IMG/VR virus record: IMGVR_UViG_3300045988_177552
Location: 98,231-162,230 of that record
Strand: one strand, 5' to 3'
DNA length: 64,000 bases
DNA from: a virus
Below are positions 29,720 to 39,913 of the stretch, one piece after another. Within the stretch, counting starts at the first letter, position 1; every line of letters begins with the position of its first letter. A model generated the notes under the pieces. That model was not told the origin of the DNA and did not search any database. It saw nothing but the letters and a program-made list of their open reading frames with translations. A program made the translations under genes and the position numbers.

Positions 29720-31024
29720 TTAGAAAGGCAGACCATTACTACCTGCTCCGAAATTGCTACCTGCAAACTGAGGTCTCTCGAAAGGAGCTGCTTGACCAGG
29801 ATTTGCAGAACCAGGAACTATTGGAGCTCCTGTAATTGCATCCAAGTGTGCAGCAGGTGCCTGACGGAAAGGATCATTATTCTTTGATGTAATATCCTGA
29901 CCATTACCACCTACAAAATTACTGTTTCCATAACCTCCTACTGGCTGAGCTGCCTGTTGTGCGGCTTGCTGTGCCATCTGAGCAAGAACGGGATCATTTG
30001 TAGCCTGGCCCCTAGTATCTGTAGGAGTCTGATTTGCCAAGAGCGTCTTATTAGTTGCTTCAATGGCCTCCTCAATACTAGTACCGTTAGCCTTTGCCAT
30101 TCTAGTTTTTGCGAGAATATCAGTCATAAACTCAATCGTCTCTGTGATGAGTGCCTTATTGAAAAGTCTACGCTGATCTGCAGGAACGGAATCATCTTCA
30201 CGACCTGCCTGCCAACCCAAGAACATTTGCACTGGATTCTGCATTAACTCAAGATCCTCCTCAGGAATTGTTACTCCATTGAGGTAATTCTCCGCATTGA
30301 GAGAATGACTAACCGAAATATTGAAACCCGGTGAATCAGATTTTGAGATATTGAACATTAAGAAGCCCTTACGACCGCTTGCATCACGGTTATAGACATT
30401 CTTAACCCAATCATCATCTCCAGCTGTGATACTTGTGTCAGAGATGCTTTCTCCAACAGTATCCATGAAACCCTTCGATGTTACTACCATGAGGGCACTA
30501 AAGTTCTGGCGGGCTACTTCACGTGTGTTTCCAACTGACCAATAGTTCATAACACGTGCCATAAACAGTGAATAGGTCTTACGACGAATAAGTCCACCAA
30601 TAGCAGGATTCATGACGTTATTCTTTGCGTCAAGTTCCTTATAAAGCTCCTCCCAGACTGCATAAGCCTGATCCAAGAGTGCCTCATCTGCTGCTGTCAA
30701 AGAGCTTACCTCACGACCCGTTGAAGGATCCTTGATTGTATAAGCATCTTTCGGCAGAAGCTTAATCCATGCTGAATACTCCTGAGGTGTACCATCTGAC
30801 ATCACATTCTTCCTAGGCATCTTGATCTCCCTCGTATTTTTCAACGATACATAAGGGAAGTCATTGATTACGCTAGTCAGAGGAAGCAATTGATACTTAC
30901 CAAAGTTAGCCTTAGCATTGGTGTACACTGTCTCAATAGCACGACGCTTTACGAATGAGGTCGGCTTTTTCTTAGGCGACATTGACTGAAGTCTCTCCAA
31001 GAATGTTTCTACTGAATTACTCAT
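29720..31024 (-). CDS. abundant hypothetical protein with Gly/Gln/Ala-rich disordered tail ending LPF (possible SSB-like)
   Basis: 434 aa, elevated GC and codon bias; 115-nt leader with strong promoter motif; tail resembles SSB linker and tip. Confidence 0.4.
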   Translation of the reverse strand: MSNSVETFLERLQSMSPKKKPTSFVKRRAIETVYTNAKANFGKYQLLPLTSVINDFPYVSLKNTREIKMPRKNVMSDGTPQEYSAWIKLLPKDAYTIKDPSTGREVSSLTAADEALLDQAYAVWEELYKELDAKNNVMNPAIGGLIRRKTYSLFMARVMNYWSVGNTREVARQNFSALMVVTSKGFMDTVGESISDTSITAGDDDWVKNVYNRDASGRKGFLMFNISKSDSPGFNISVSHSLNAENYLNGVTIPEEDLELMQNPVQMFLGWQAGREDDSVPADQRRLFNKALITETIEFMTDILAKTRMAKANGTSIEEAIEATNKTLLANQTPTDTRGQATNDPVLAQMAQQAAQQAAQPVGGYGNSNFVGGNGQDITSKNNDPFRQAPAAHLDAITGAPIVPGSANPGQAAPFERPQFAGSNFGAGSNGLPF

Positions 31025-31127
31025 AAATTAATAAATAATTGTTTGTTGTTAAACATAAATTTTTGTTAAATTCTCATTGAGGGCTACATATCATTAACAC
31101 AAAAATCAGATCATGCCCTCTTCTCTA

Positions 31128-31172
31128 CATTATTAAGATTTTGCCGGCTTCTGGAGTGCGTTTTCTCCATGG
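31128..31172 (-). promoter_or_regulatory. two-part promoter-like motif (full form) about 115 nt upstream of abundant gene 29720..31024
   Basis: cattattaagattttgccggcttctggagtgcgttttctcc; same composite at 48957..48997. Confidence 0.45.
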
Positions 31173-31238
31173 ACCCTTTAAAATCTTATATATGTGAAAT
31201 GAAAAACTTTATTATTAACTTTTTAAAATTAAATTATT

Positions 31239-32771
31239 ATGATTACTTACATTATTTGTGGTGTAGTAGCAGTGCTATTAGTAGTGTTAATCTCAAGTAG
31301 TTATGTCAAAGCTCCTCCCTCATTTGCCTTTGTAATCTCTGGTCTCAATAAAGAGCCTAGGGTACTCATTGGCAAGGGCGGATTCCGAGTTCCTGGATTG
31401 GAGCGCCTGGACAAAGTGTATCTTGGCCAAATCACAGTTGACGTTGATACCGAAGGAAGTGTTCCTACAAACGATTTCCTCGATGTCATTGTATCATCTG
31501 TCGCTAAGATACGTGTAGTCCAGACTCCGGAAGGTATTAGGTTGGCTGCTAAGAACTTCCTCAACATGACATCTGAAAAGATCTCTGAGCAAGTTAGAGC
31601 AACTCTCCAAGGTAACCTCCGTGAAATCATTGGAACTATGGACCTCAAATCTCTTAACATCAACAGAGAGGGATTCAGTCAGGCAGTTACGAAGAGTGCA
31701 ACACCAGACATGGACAAACTTGGTATTGAGATTCTTAGCTTCAATATCCAGAACATCAGTGATAAGGACGGCTTGATTCGTGATCTCGGTGCTGACAATA
31801 CTGCTAGCATCAGGAAGGCAGCCGCTATCAATAAGGCTAATGCTACACGTGATATCAAGATTCAAGAGGCAATCGCTGAACGTGAAGCAAACGAGGCCCG
31901 TGTTGAAGCTGATACTGCCATCGCTGAGAAGAATAATGAGCTTGAGCTGAAAAAAGCGGCCTTGAAGAAACAGTCTGATGCAGCAAAGGCAGAGGCTGAT
32001 GCAGCTTATGAGATTCAGAAGCAGATCCAGCAGAAGACTATCAACATCTCAAAATCAGAAGCTGAGATTGAATTGAAGAAGCAGCAACAGATCATCTCTA
32101 ATGAATCAATCAAGATTAAGGAGAATGAACTTACTGCAACAGTCAACAAACAGGCTGAAGCAGACAAGTACAAGACTCAGGTTAATGCAGAGGCTGAGCT
32201 GGAACAAAGAAAGAGAAAGGCTGAAGCTGAGCGTTATGAAAAGGAACAACAGGCTGCTGCTAGGAATGCAGAGGCTGACGCTATAAGGTACGCTCAGGAA
32301 CAGAAAGCTCTTGGTATTAAGGCAGAAGGTGAAGCTGAAGCCGCTGCCATAGAAGCTAAGGGTAAGGCAGAAGCAGCAGCAATTGAAGCTAAGGCAAAAG
32401 CTGAGGCCGCTGGTATGAAAGAAAAAGCAGAAGCATTCAAGCAGTACAATGATGCTGCTGTAACTCAAATGCTTATCGATAAACTTCCTGAGGTTGCCAA
32501 TTCTGTCTCAAGTGCTATCGCTGGCATCAAGGGTATCAATATCTACAGTGCCGGAGGTGGCGATGGCGAAGGAGCTATCGGTTCAGTATCAGGCAATGTT
32601 CCTGTAGTGATCAAGCAGGTTTTTGACACTATGGAGAGCGTTACTGGAGTTCCTATGGCTGAACTCGTCAAGGCTCATACAATCGAGGCTAAGACAACCA
32701 GGAAGATTCAGGTTGATGATGCCCTGGCTGAAGTAGCTGATGAAATACTTGAAAGCGCTAAGAAAAAGTAG
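31239..32771 (+). CDS. SPFH/band-7 flotillin-like protein
   Basis: N-terminal TM helix, SPFH core, long EA-rich coiled coil (AEAAAIEAKGKAEAAA repeats); elevated GC. Confidence 0.7.
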   Translation: MITYIICGVVAVLLVVLISSSYVKAPPSFAFVISGLNKEPRVLIGKGGFRVPGLERLDKVYLGQITVDVDTEGSVPTNDFLDVIVSSVAKIRVVQTPEGIRLAAKNFLNMTSEKISEQVRATLQGNLREIIGTMDLKSLNINREGFSQAVTKSATPDMDKLGIEILSFNIQNISDKDGLIRDLGADNTASIRKAAAINKANATRDIKIQEAIAEREANEARVEADTAIAEKNNELELKKAALKKQSDAAKAEADAAYEIQKQIQQKTINISKSEAEIELKKQQQIISNESIKIKENELTATVNKQAEADKYKTQVNAEAELEQRKRKAEAERYEKEQQAAARNAEADAIRYAQEQKALGIKAEGEAEAAAIEAKGKAEAAAIEAKAKAEAAGMKEKAEAFKQYNDAAVTQMLIDKLPEVANSVSSAIAGIKGINIYSAGGGDGEGAIGSVSGNVPVVIKQVFDTMESVTGVPMAELVKAHTIEAKTTRKIQVDDALAEVADEILESAKKK

Positions 32772-32889
32772 CACTATTTAACAAAGAAGGGGACCTAAGA
32801 TTCGGGTTCCTTTCTTTTTTTTTATTTTTGCGCTTAGGAAGGTCTCATTGCTTTATTATTGGAAAGTAAAACATATAAATTTTTAAACT

Positions 32890-34764
32890 ATGAATGGAAG
32901 GTACGAAGACATTAATCAAATTGATTTGGTATTAAGTATGTTTAATCAATACCTATTCCAGGATTGTAAGAATAATATTGATGACTTGATATATTCTTAT
33001 CAGACTAATATGGCAACAAACGGCAATAGACTGGTAGAGTTACTCTTGGATTCAATAAAAAATTACACCCTGGATAATATTGGTTTACCATTATTTCAAA
33101 GCATCCTGGGGAGGTGTGGAAAAACTGGGCCTGAGAGTCAACAGATCATCAATAAGATCATAGAGTATAAGATGTACACTAAGGATCAGATTGAACCAAT
33201 GAAGAAATACGTTAAGGATATGATTGCTAAGACGTATATTCTCAGAGCTAATGATCGCTATAGTGATTCCCCTAGTGATTTCATAAACTACCTTAAGGGT
33301 GTAAACTTTAAATCTTCGGCTGTTGATTACTTGACATCTACGAAATTTGGAGATATAGATGTAAATTCAATCAAGGCGGAAGAACAAAACCAAGGAATTC
33401 CATCTTCTTTTGAGTGGATTAATCAAACTTTCCGCCCTGAATGTATGTATCCAAGGATGGGATTGTTCTGTGTTTCAATGCCTCCTGGTTGTATGGCAGG
33501 AGATACTGAGGTCTTTCTTGCAGATGGGACAGTAAAAACTCTGGAGGATCTCTATAAAAGCAAAAAGACAAATATTACGATCTATGCATGTGATGGAAAT
33601 GATCCAAAGGTTTCAGTAGCAGAGAATTGTCAGATCTCTAAGTACGTGAATTCCTGGTATGTAGTTGAGATTGATGGAAAGAAGGAATATAGGGTTACTG
33701 AAAACCACCCATTCCTAATGATAAACGGAGAATGGAAGAGGGCAGATAAGCTTGTTGAAGGTGATATTCTAATGACATTTAACTATAAGTCAGTAAATGA
33801 AAAAGTGATTCACACAATCACTAAGGTATATGTTGAGACCTTAAAGGAACCACAGCCAGTATATGACTTAGTAAATGTCGATCTCTATCATAATTATGCA
33901 GTAAAGTTCGACGAAACATCTGGATTCTTTAGCCACAACACTGGTAAGACCCTTTTCTGTATGCAAGAGTGTCTTTATATGTGCTTGAAAGGAAAGAAAT
34001 GTCATTATCTCTGTATGGGTGATATGACAGAATCCGACTTTATCATTCGTATGGCAGCTCAATATTTTGGAATCCCATTCTATGAGGCTAAAAGAAACTT
34101 CGATATCGTCTATGAAGAACTAAAGAAAGTCATAGGGGACAGACTTGAGATTACTTGTATTCCTGCCAGTGTTATTACAGTGGATGAATATATTGAATTT
34201 GTTAAGAGTAAGGACTATGATGTCTGTTTCTGTGATTATGATAGTCAGTTTAAATCTAATGTCTATACAGAATCAATGTACCTAACTTACGGTGATATCT
34301 ATGCTAAATTGAGTGAGCTTACGATACAGTATAAAAAACTAGTATTCATCTTAGCTCAGCCTATGAAAGCGTCTTGGTCTCTCCCTGTTATTGAAATTGA
34401 TCAGGTAGGTGAGAGTGCTAGGAAGATTCATGCCGTAGACTGGTGTTTGACAAGGGGACGTGAGCCTGGAAACTTGAATGGCTTGGGAATTTCTAAGATA
34501 GTTAAATCTAGACGTGGAGAGGAACAAGTTATAGATTACAATATTAGGCTGAACAACGGTAGATTTAAAAGTCTTCCTAGGGCAGTCTATGAGGATATCA
34601 AGCAGATTCCAGAAAAGAAAGACTATACAGAAGCTGAGATTGACAATATGATAAATAATTACCTTCAAGCTAGAGGACAGGTTCAGCAATCTATCAATAA
34701 TAAAATGGGAAATTCAGGAATAAACAATTCAGGACCTAATAGGAGAGGCGCGGCACCATTTTAA
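32890..34764 (+). CDS. RecA-fold replicative helicase (DnaB-like), intein-containing
   Basis: Extein junction restores PPG|TGKT Walker A; downstream VCFCDYDSQ resembles DnaB Walker B/DYLQ block. Confidence 0.55.
   Translation: MNGRYEDINQIDLVLSMFNQYLFQDCKNNIDDLIYSYQTNMATNGNRLVELLLDSIKNYTLDNIGLPLFQSILGRCGKTGPESQQIINKIIEYKMYTKDQIEPMKKYVKDMIAKTYILRANDRYSDSPSDFINYLKGVNFKSSAVDYLTSTKFGDIDVNSIKAEEQNQGIPSSFEWINQTFRPECMYPRMGLFCVSMPPGCMAGDTEVFLADGTVKTLEDLYKSKKTNITIYACDGNDPKVSVAENCQISKYVNSWYVVEIDGKKEYRVTENHPFLMINGEWKRADKLVEGDILMTFNYKSVNEKVIHTITKVYVETLKEPQPVYDLVNVDLYHNYAVKFDETSGFFSHNTGKTLFCMQECLYMCLKGKKCHYLCMGDMTESDFIIRMAAQYFGIPFYEAKRNFDIVYEELKKVIGDRLEITCIPASVITVDEYIEFVKSKDYDVCFCDYDSQFKSNVYTESMYLTYGDIYAKLSELTIQYKKLVFILAQPMKASWSLPVIEIDQVGESARKIHAVDWCLTRGREPGNLNGLGISKIVKSRRGEEQVIDYNIRLNNGRFKSLPRAVYEDIKQIPEKKDYTEAEIDNMINNYLQARGQVQQSINNKMGNSGINNSGPNRRGAAPF
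33490..33939 (+). other. mini-intein (150 aa, no endonuclease domain) inserted in helicase P-loop
   Basis: Block A CMAGDTEV, block B TENHPF, blocks F/G VYDLVNVDLYHNYAV...SGFFSHN followed by extein T. Confidence 0.7.
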
Positions 34765-34767
34765 ATT

Positions 34768-36153
34768 ATGGAAGAATTAATAAACAGCCCAGAGATGATG
34801 CTTAGACTAGATCTTGAAAAAGAAACCTACTCTAAGTATTATCACGACTTGGTAGACTACTGTAAAAACAAGTACCCAGGAAGAGATAAGTCTATTTATG
34901 TAGACTATCTTGAAGAGCATCATATTCTACCTCGGTGTATGGGAGGAAAGGATGAAGATAGCAACTTAGTACTAATGAACTATAGATGCCACGTCTTAGC
35001 CCATTGTTTACTATTTTTAATGGATCAAGACAGTAGAAGCTTGGCGAAAGCTGCTTGGTACATGTTATATACAGCAAATAACAATAGGGGAGGAAAGGAT
35101 ATAAATAGTTTAATATTAAGTTTCGAAAAATTTAAGGAAGAGTTATTTAATACGCTAAAGAAACCAATCGTATGTCTATCTTTAGATCTTAAGGTTGTAA
35201 AAATATACAAAGGAGTTCTAGAAATAAAAGTAGATGGTTTTTCTCCAAAACTTATGAGTCGAGTCCTAAAGAATAGGGAAATGCACAAAGGGTATCTGTG
35301 GGAAAGATTAGAAGATGTTGAAGATAAATATCCAGAAGAGATAAAAGAGTACTACAGAGACTTGGAAAATGGGAATGTTCGAACCATAAATAAAGATAAA
35401 ACTTGGATAAAAGAACAGACTACGCTGTACAGATCTCGATATAGACGAGGAAATAAGGGAAAAACCGTGGTTGGGTATGATGACGAAGTGTATTGTGTAT
35501 TTAATAATATATCCGTTGCCAAGAGACTAGGATTTTCTGCTTCAATTATAAGTTTAAACATAAACAATAAAGCTACAGTCAATAATGGGGGATACTCTTG
35601 GAAACTTATTAAATCAGATGACGACTTAAAAGATATCTCAAGTAGTAGAAAGAGAGTAGAAGAAATTCACCCTAAATCAAAAAGAGTTATCTGTTTTGAT
35701 AAAGAGAATAATAGAATTATTAAAATTTACAAAACACAAAAGGATACCGCAGCGGACGGTTTTGTTTATACTACTGTTTGTTCAGCTTTGGCAAGTGATT
35801 CTAGAAAATATTGTGGATATTATTGGTATCTAGAGTACGAATGGAAGGATAAAGATCTTCTAGAGGATTATAATAGAAGAGATGTTTTACCCGAAGTTAT
35901 TGTAAATAGGCCAAACGATCCCATAAAATTAGTTCAATTAAGTGAAAACCATAAGATTGTAAATGTATTTAGTAATCTACATGATGCTAAACCATTTGAC
36001 TATCGAGCATTAAGCAAGGTCCTAAAAAAGGAAGATAGGTTCTATAAAGGATTCTTTTGGTTTACAATGGATGAACTGAAAGTTAAATTTCCAAACATTA
36101 TAAAAGAATATGAAGAAAGAATTAAGTATAGTAATAACACTAGAAAAAATTAA
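34768..36153 (+). CDS. HNH homing endonuclease with repeated putative DNA-binding modules
   Basis: HHILPRCMGG...N...HVLAH HNH core; three repeats with G[YF]xW + acidic KYPEEIKEY-like blocks. Confidence 0.65.
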   Translation: MEELINSPEMMLRLDLEKETYSKYYHDLVDYCKNKYPGRDKSIYVDYLEEHHILPRCMGGKDEDSNLVLMNYRCHVLAHCLLFLMDQDSRSLAKAAWYMLYTANNNRGGKDINSLILSFEKFKEELFNTLKKPIVCLSLDLKVVKIYKGVLEIKVDGFSPKLMSRVLKNREMHKGYLWERLEDVEDKYPEEIKEYYRDLENGNVRTINKDKTWIKEQTTLYRSRYRRGNKGKTVVGYDDEVYCVFNNISVAKRLGFSASIISLNINNKATVNNGGYSWKLIKSDDDLKDISSSRKRVEEIHPKSKRVICFDKENNRIIKIYKTQKDTAADGFVYTTVCSALASDSRKYCGYYWYLEYEWKDKDLLEDYNRRDVLPEVIVNRPNDPIKLVQLSENHKIVNVFSNLHDAKPFDYRALSKVLKKEDRFYKGFFWFTMDELKVKFPNIIKEYEERIKYSNNTRKN

Positions 36154-36940
36154 GCTAATTTCAGTCAATGCACTATATAATGCAGGACTGATGTATAGGG
36201 GTGGGAGACCGGTACCTTATATATACAAATCTCCAGATGCTAAGAAGTTTGAGGCTATAATGGATGAACAACTTCGAGCATTAAACTGGGATGATCACAT
36301 TGAATGGCTAACTAATACTAAGCAATTCACTGTAACTCAGCAGTATATATTTAAGAGCGGTATTAAGAGCAGGGACGTCTCGAATGTTGAAAAACTATGT
36401 AGTGACGGATTTGTGCGCTTCGTTCGCTCTGAATTGGGTATAACTACCTTTGATGACTCATTATTTAGTGATGTCCATCTATATAAATCTATTATACCTG
36501 GCTCAACTAGGGAATATCTTTGTTTCAAAATATCCCCTTCTGACTTCAATATGCGATTTGATCAGATGGACAAGCCTGAACAGATCCTCTTTCACTTTGA
36601 GGGGGATTCGGATTGGGAAACGAAGGAATTCAAGAAAGGACTTAAAGATCTTGGTCTGAAATATCAATTATGTAATACCGACAAGAAGATAAAAGATCAT
36701 AATACCGATGTTTATTTCTTAGATTACCGAGATGAAAACTTTACGGAGAAGCTAATAGATCTCATGGATGTCTTATATTCAAAAAAGGACTCCGGTTTCT
36801 GCTATGTCGGAATCTTGGGGGAACCGAAAGAGAGCATCATAAAGAAAATTAATGACCTTGGTGGTAGTAATATTAAGGCCATTGGGATAGAAGAGCATAA
36901 AGATATTATAAGATTGTTCAAAGATGAAGATACACGTTAA
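36110..36940 (+). CDS. hypothetical protein
   Basis: 276-aa ORF. Confidence 0.4.
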   Translation: MKKELSIVITLEKIKLISVNALYNAGLMYRGGRPVPYIYKSPDAKKFEAIMDEQLRALNWDDHIEWLTNTKQFTVTQQYIFKSGIKSRDVSNVEKLCSDGFVRFVRSELGITTFDDSLFSDVHLYKSIIPGSTREYLCFKISPSDFNMRFDQMDKPEQILFHFEGDSDWETKEFKKGLKDLGLKYQLCNTDKKIKDHNTDVYFLDYRDENFTEKLIDLMDVLYSKKDSGFCYVGILGEPKESIIKKINDLGGSNIKAIGIEEHKDIIRLFKDEDTR

Positions 36941-37319
36941 TGAATTTAGGGTTATCATAGCAGGATCTAGGGAATTTAGTGATTATGAACTCCTCAAGAA
37001 GACCTGTGATTATTACCTATCCAATAAATTCAAAGATCCAAGTTGTAAGGTAATTGTTGTTTCCGGTCATGCCTCTGGAGCTGATACCTTAGGAGAGATA
37101 TATGCCAAGGAAAGAGGCCTGGATTGTGAAATTTATCCCGCTGATTGGAATAAGTACGGCAAGAAAGCTGGATACCTAAGGAATATGTCAATGGCTGAGG
37201 TTGGAAATTCCGCTATTATCTTCTTAAGTGCTTACGGTGAAAACAAAGGAAGCAGGATGATGGAGAGAATAGCTAGAGAAAAACATCTCTTAGTTAGAGT
37301 AGTGGAGGAAGAGGCATGA
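36924..37319 (+). CDS. SLOG-superfamily (DUF2493-like) protein
   Basis: IAGSREFSDYELLKK..., SGHASGADTLG, PADWNKYGKKAGYLRN match the DUF2493/SLOG pattern. Confidence 0.55.
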   Translation: MKIHVNEFRVIIAGSREFSDYELLKKTCDYYLSNKFKDPSCKVIVVSGHASGADTLGEIYAKERGLDCEIYPADWNKYGKKAGYLRNMSMAEVGNSAIIFLSAYGENKGSRMMERIAREKHLLVRVVEEEA

Positions 37320-37540
37320 TTAGGGTAGGCTTAGGAGATAATGATAATGAACTTGAACCTCACGGAACATTAAAGAGTTTCCTAGATGGGGTTGTGAAAG
37401 AACAAGAAGATCCTGAAGCGGAGAAGCATATAAAACTAGCTGAGAGAGTTCAGAGCCTCTATGGTGGAGACTTGAATTATTGGCTTAGATTATACGATCA
37501 AGAGTTATACGATAAAATTAGAATGTATGAAAGTAAATGA
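37316..37540 (+). CDS. hypothetical small protein
   Basis: 74 aa, overlapping neighbours by 4 and 14 nt. Confidence 0.3.
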   Translation: MIRVGLGDNDNELEPHGTLKSFLDGVVKEQEDPEAEKHIKLAERVQSLYGGDLNYWLRLYDQELYDKIRMYESK

Positions 37541-37811
37541 TTTTAGGAACAGAGTAAATCAATATGTCTCTAGAGATTCTCAGCCAGGGAATCTTTGTAA
37601 GGCATATGTCCAAAACTTAGTAAGTGAATTTGGACGACTTACCCTTCCTACAGGTCCTTTCAAGTTCTCTCTTTACAATGATGAGGATGGAGAATTGGTC
37701 TGTGAGAGAGGAGGCAAGAAAGACATTGTGGATGAGGTAAATGCCAAAGCCACACTAGAAATGGTTGGAACATTTAGAGATGACTTAACAATTGGAGGAG
37801 AGGATGATTAA
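37527..37811 (+). CDS. hypothetical small protein
   Basis: 94 aa. Confidence 0.3.
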   Translation: MKVNDFRNRVNQYVSRDSQPGNLCKAYVQNLVSEFGRLTLPTGPFKFSLYNDEDGELVCERGGKKDIVDEVNAKATLEMVGTFRDDLTIGGEDD

Positions 37812-38514
37812 GGTTTGTGCACTTAGTGACCTACATGGACACATTGATGAAGTCAGGATAGAAGAGTCTGACTACCTATTGATTGGAGGAGACATAATGC
37901 CTTTGGGTATTCAGAGCACATATGTAGCTTCTATTGACTGGCTTGAGAATAAATTCGTCCCCTGGGTGAGAAAACAGCCGGTACTCAAGAAAACTATTGT
38001 CGTCGCTGGTAATCATGACTTTGTTTTTGAGAGACATGATGAAAAAGCGAGGAATGTCTTGGAGATGGCTGGTATTGCTTACTTGAACCTGGAGACATGG
38101 GAAAATAATGAAGTTAAAATCCTAGGAGTCCCCTGGTGTAAACAATATGGATCCTGGGCATTTATGAAACCCGATAGCATCTTGAAGGAACTATATTCAG
38201 ATAGAATTAAGGATGATATATTTAAGGATACAGGAAAAATAACAATTCTCTTGAGCCATGATGCACCGTATGGAACTTCTGATATCATAACTCAGGATGT
38301 ATCATGGAATACTGGAGATCACATAGGAAGTGTAGCTATGAAAGACTTGGTGGAGAGGATTCAGCCTGATTATAACTTACACGGACACCTACATACAACG
38401 AATCACGACCAGGAAGTACTGGGGAAGACGAAGGTATATTGTGTAAGTATTCTCGACGAAAGTTATGAAGTAGCATATAAACCGTTATATCTTACAATCG
38501 GGAGTGAGGAATAA
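37792..38514 (+). CDS. metallophosphoesterase
   Basis: LSDLHGH, GGDI, AGNHD motifs. Confidence 0.55.
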   Translation: MEERMIKVCALSDLHGHIDEVRIEESDYLLIGGDIMPLGIQSTYVASIDWLENKFVPWVRKQPVLKKTIVVAGNHDFVFERHDEKARNVLEMAGIAYLNLETWENNEVKILGVPWCKQYGSWAFMKPDSILKELYSDRIKDDIFKDTGKITILLSHDAPYGTSDIITQDVSWNTGDHIGSVAMKDLVERIQPDYNLHGHLHTTNHDQEVLGKTKVYCVSILDESYEVAYKPLYLTIGSEE

Positions 38515-38533
38515 AAAAAATATAGAGAGGGAC

Positions 38534-38944
38534 TTATAATCCTTCTCTATTAATTTTACTCAAATCGATAACTAGTGGTTCTCCTGTTATGGCGTAAACT
38601 AAGAGCTGAAGTTGATGAAGATATTCAAAATCTCCAGACCCTATAGTACAATGATCCTCACTATCGAAGTGAACCGACCATGAACGCCCAACAGAATTAC
38701 TCCATTCATCAGTTAATTCGAGGTAATACTTTCCACCTAAGCAAGCCTCATGACGTTTAATCCCAAGAATCTTGTCATGTACTTCCTTAAACCCGATGGA
38801 CCTTAAGACCTCCTTCGTTACAGGAATAGGCTTAAGATTCTCCACCTTAATCGTCTCTTCATTCACAGTTCTGGTTTTGGGGTCATAGTCTCTTATAACT
38901 ATTCCTCCTTGCCAGACTGATCCTATAAAATAATCCTGTTCCAT
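38534..38944 (-). CDS. hypothetical protein
   Basis: 136 aa. Confidence 0.35.
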   Translation of the reverse strand: MEQDYFIGSVWQGGIVIRDYDPKTRTVNEETIKVENLKPIPVTKEVLRSIGFKEVHDKILGIKRHEACLGGKYYLELTDEWSNSVGRSWSVHFDSEDHCTIGSGDFEYLHQLQLLVYAITGEPLVIDLSKINREGL

Positions 38945-39561
38945 TATTTCTCAAACTTAATCACCTCATTAACCTTTTCGCCAACAGTATCTTTATTGAT
39001 TCCTGGCATCCTAACTAGTTCTTCAAAACATGAGCATTCCAAGACGGTCTTCTTAAAATCCGTATCACCATCCTTACAAGCTTCGTAGAGTTCATCCCAG
39101 ACTGGATTAGTTTCCCAGTCATTAGTCCAAATCTCAATCTTAATTCTCTCACTGACAGGCTCCAAGTATCCTTTCATAAGATCCATGACTTGATACTCAG
39201 GGAGGCCTCCATTATTACATCCCAACAGAGGGAAAGCAACTTCCTTGAGACCTTGTGCCTTGTATTGAGAACAGAACTTATTAAGGCCAGATTCGATATC
39301 CCTAATATCTGACTTACTTCTCCAGTCTCTTTTAGTAGGGAAATTCAGTACGTCCCATCGATTGGTATTCTGATATAACCAGAGAGTTCCAATCCGCAAT
39401 GCTCCAGTACTACAATACTCTTTATACTGCTGGAACATCTTGGGGAACATCATTTTATGTACTAATGCTAATCCTGCTCCCATAACGCCAACAGTATTAA
39501 CGGTGTTTACAATTGTCTTACACCTAGTGTTAAAAATACTTCCAGTTTTGTACTCGATCAT
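38944..39561 (-). CDS. macro-domain (ADP-ribose binding/processing) protein
   Basis: GSIFNTRCKTIVNTVNTVGVMGAGLAL resembles macro-domain N-terminal and Gly-rich blocks. Confidence 0.5.
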   Translation of the reverse strand: MIEYKTGSIFNTRCKTIVNTVNTVGVMGAGLALVHKMMFPKMFQQYKEYCSTGALRIGTLWLYQNTNRWDVLNFPTKRDWRSKSDIRDIESGLNKFCSQYKAQGLKEVAFPLLGCNNGGLPEYQVMDLMKGYLEPVSERIKIEIWTNDWETNPVWDELYEACKDGDTDFKKTVLECSCFEELVRMPGINKDTVGEKVNEVIKFEK

Positions 39562-39694
39562 AATATTTTATTTTTACTTTTTTATACACACTAATAAGGA
39601 TTTAGACGGGGAATAAAAAAAAGAAGTGCGACAGTCTCATTCGTACATATCACACTCCTCCAAACATTTTATTTGAGAACTGTTTGTATGATTC

Positions 39695-39895
39695 CTACTT
39701 AGTTCCCTCCTGTGTTGCCTCCGGATTTTCCGGTTCCGGCGTTGGTTCAGCTGTTGCTTCGTCGCTCTTCTTGTTCTTGTTCAAGAAAGGTACACGCTTG
39801 GTGACCTTTGAAGCGATTCCAAACTTGTTCTCCAGGAAAACTCCCAGACCGAACGCTGCTACTCCCACGAGTGAAGGTATAATTGTCTTTTTCAT
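39695..39895 (-). CDS. small membrane protein
   Basis: 66 aa with one hydrophobic helix; elevated GC. Confidence 0.3.
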   Translation of the reverse strand: MKKTIIPSLVGVAAFGLGVFLENKFGIASKVTKRVPFLNKNKKSDEATAEPTPEPENPEATQEGTK

Positions 39896-39913
39896 AATTC
39901 AATCCTCCGATAA

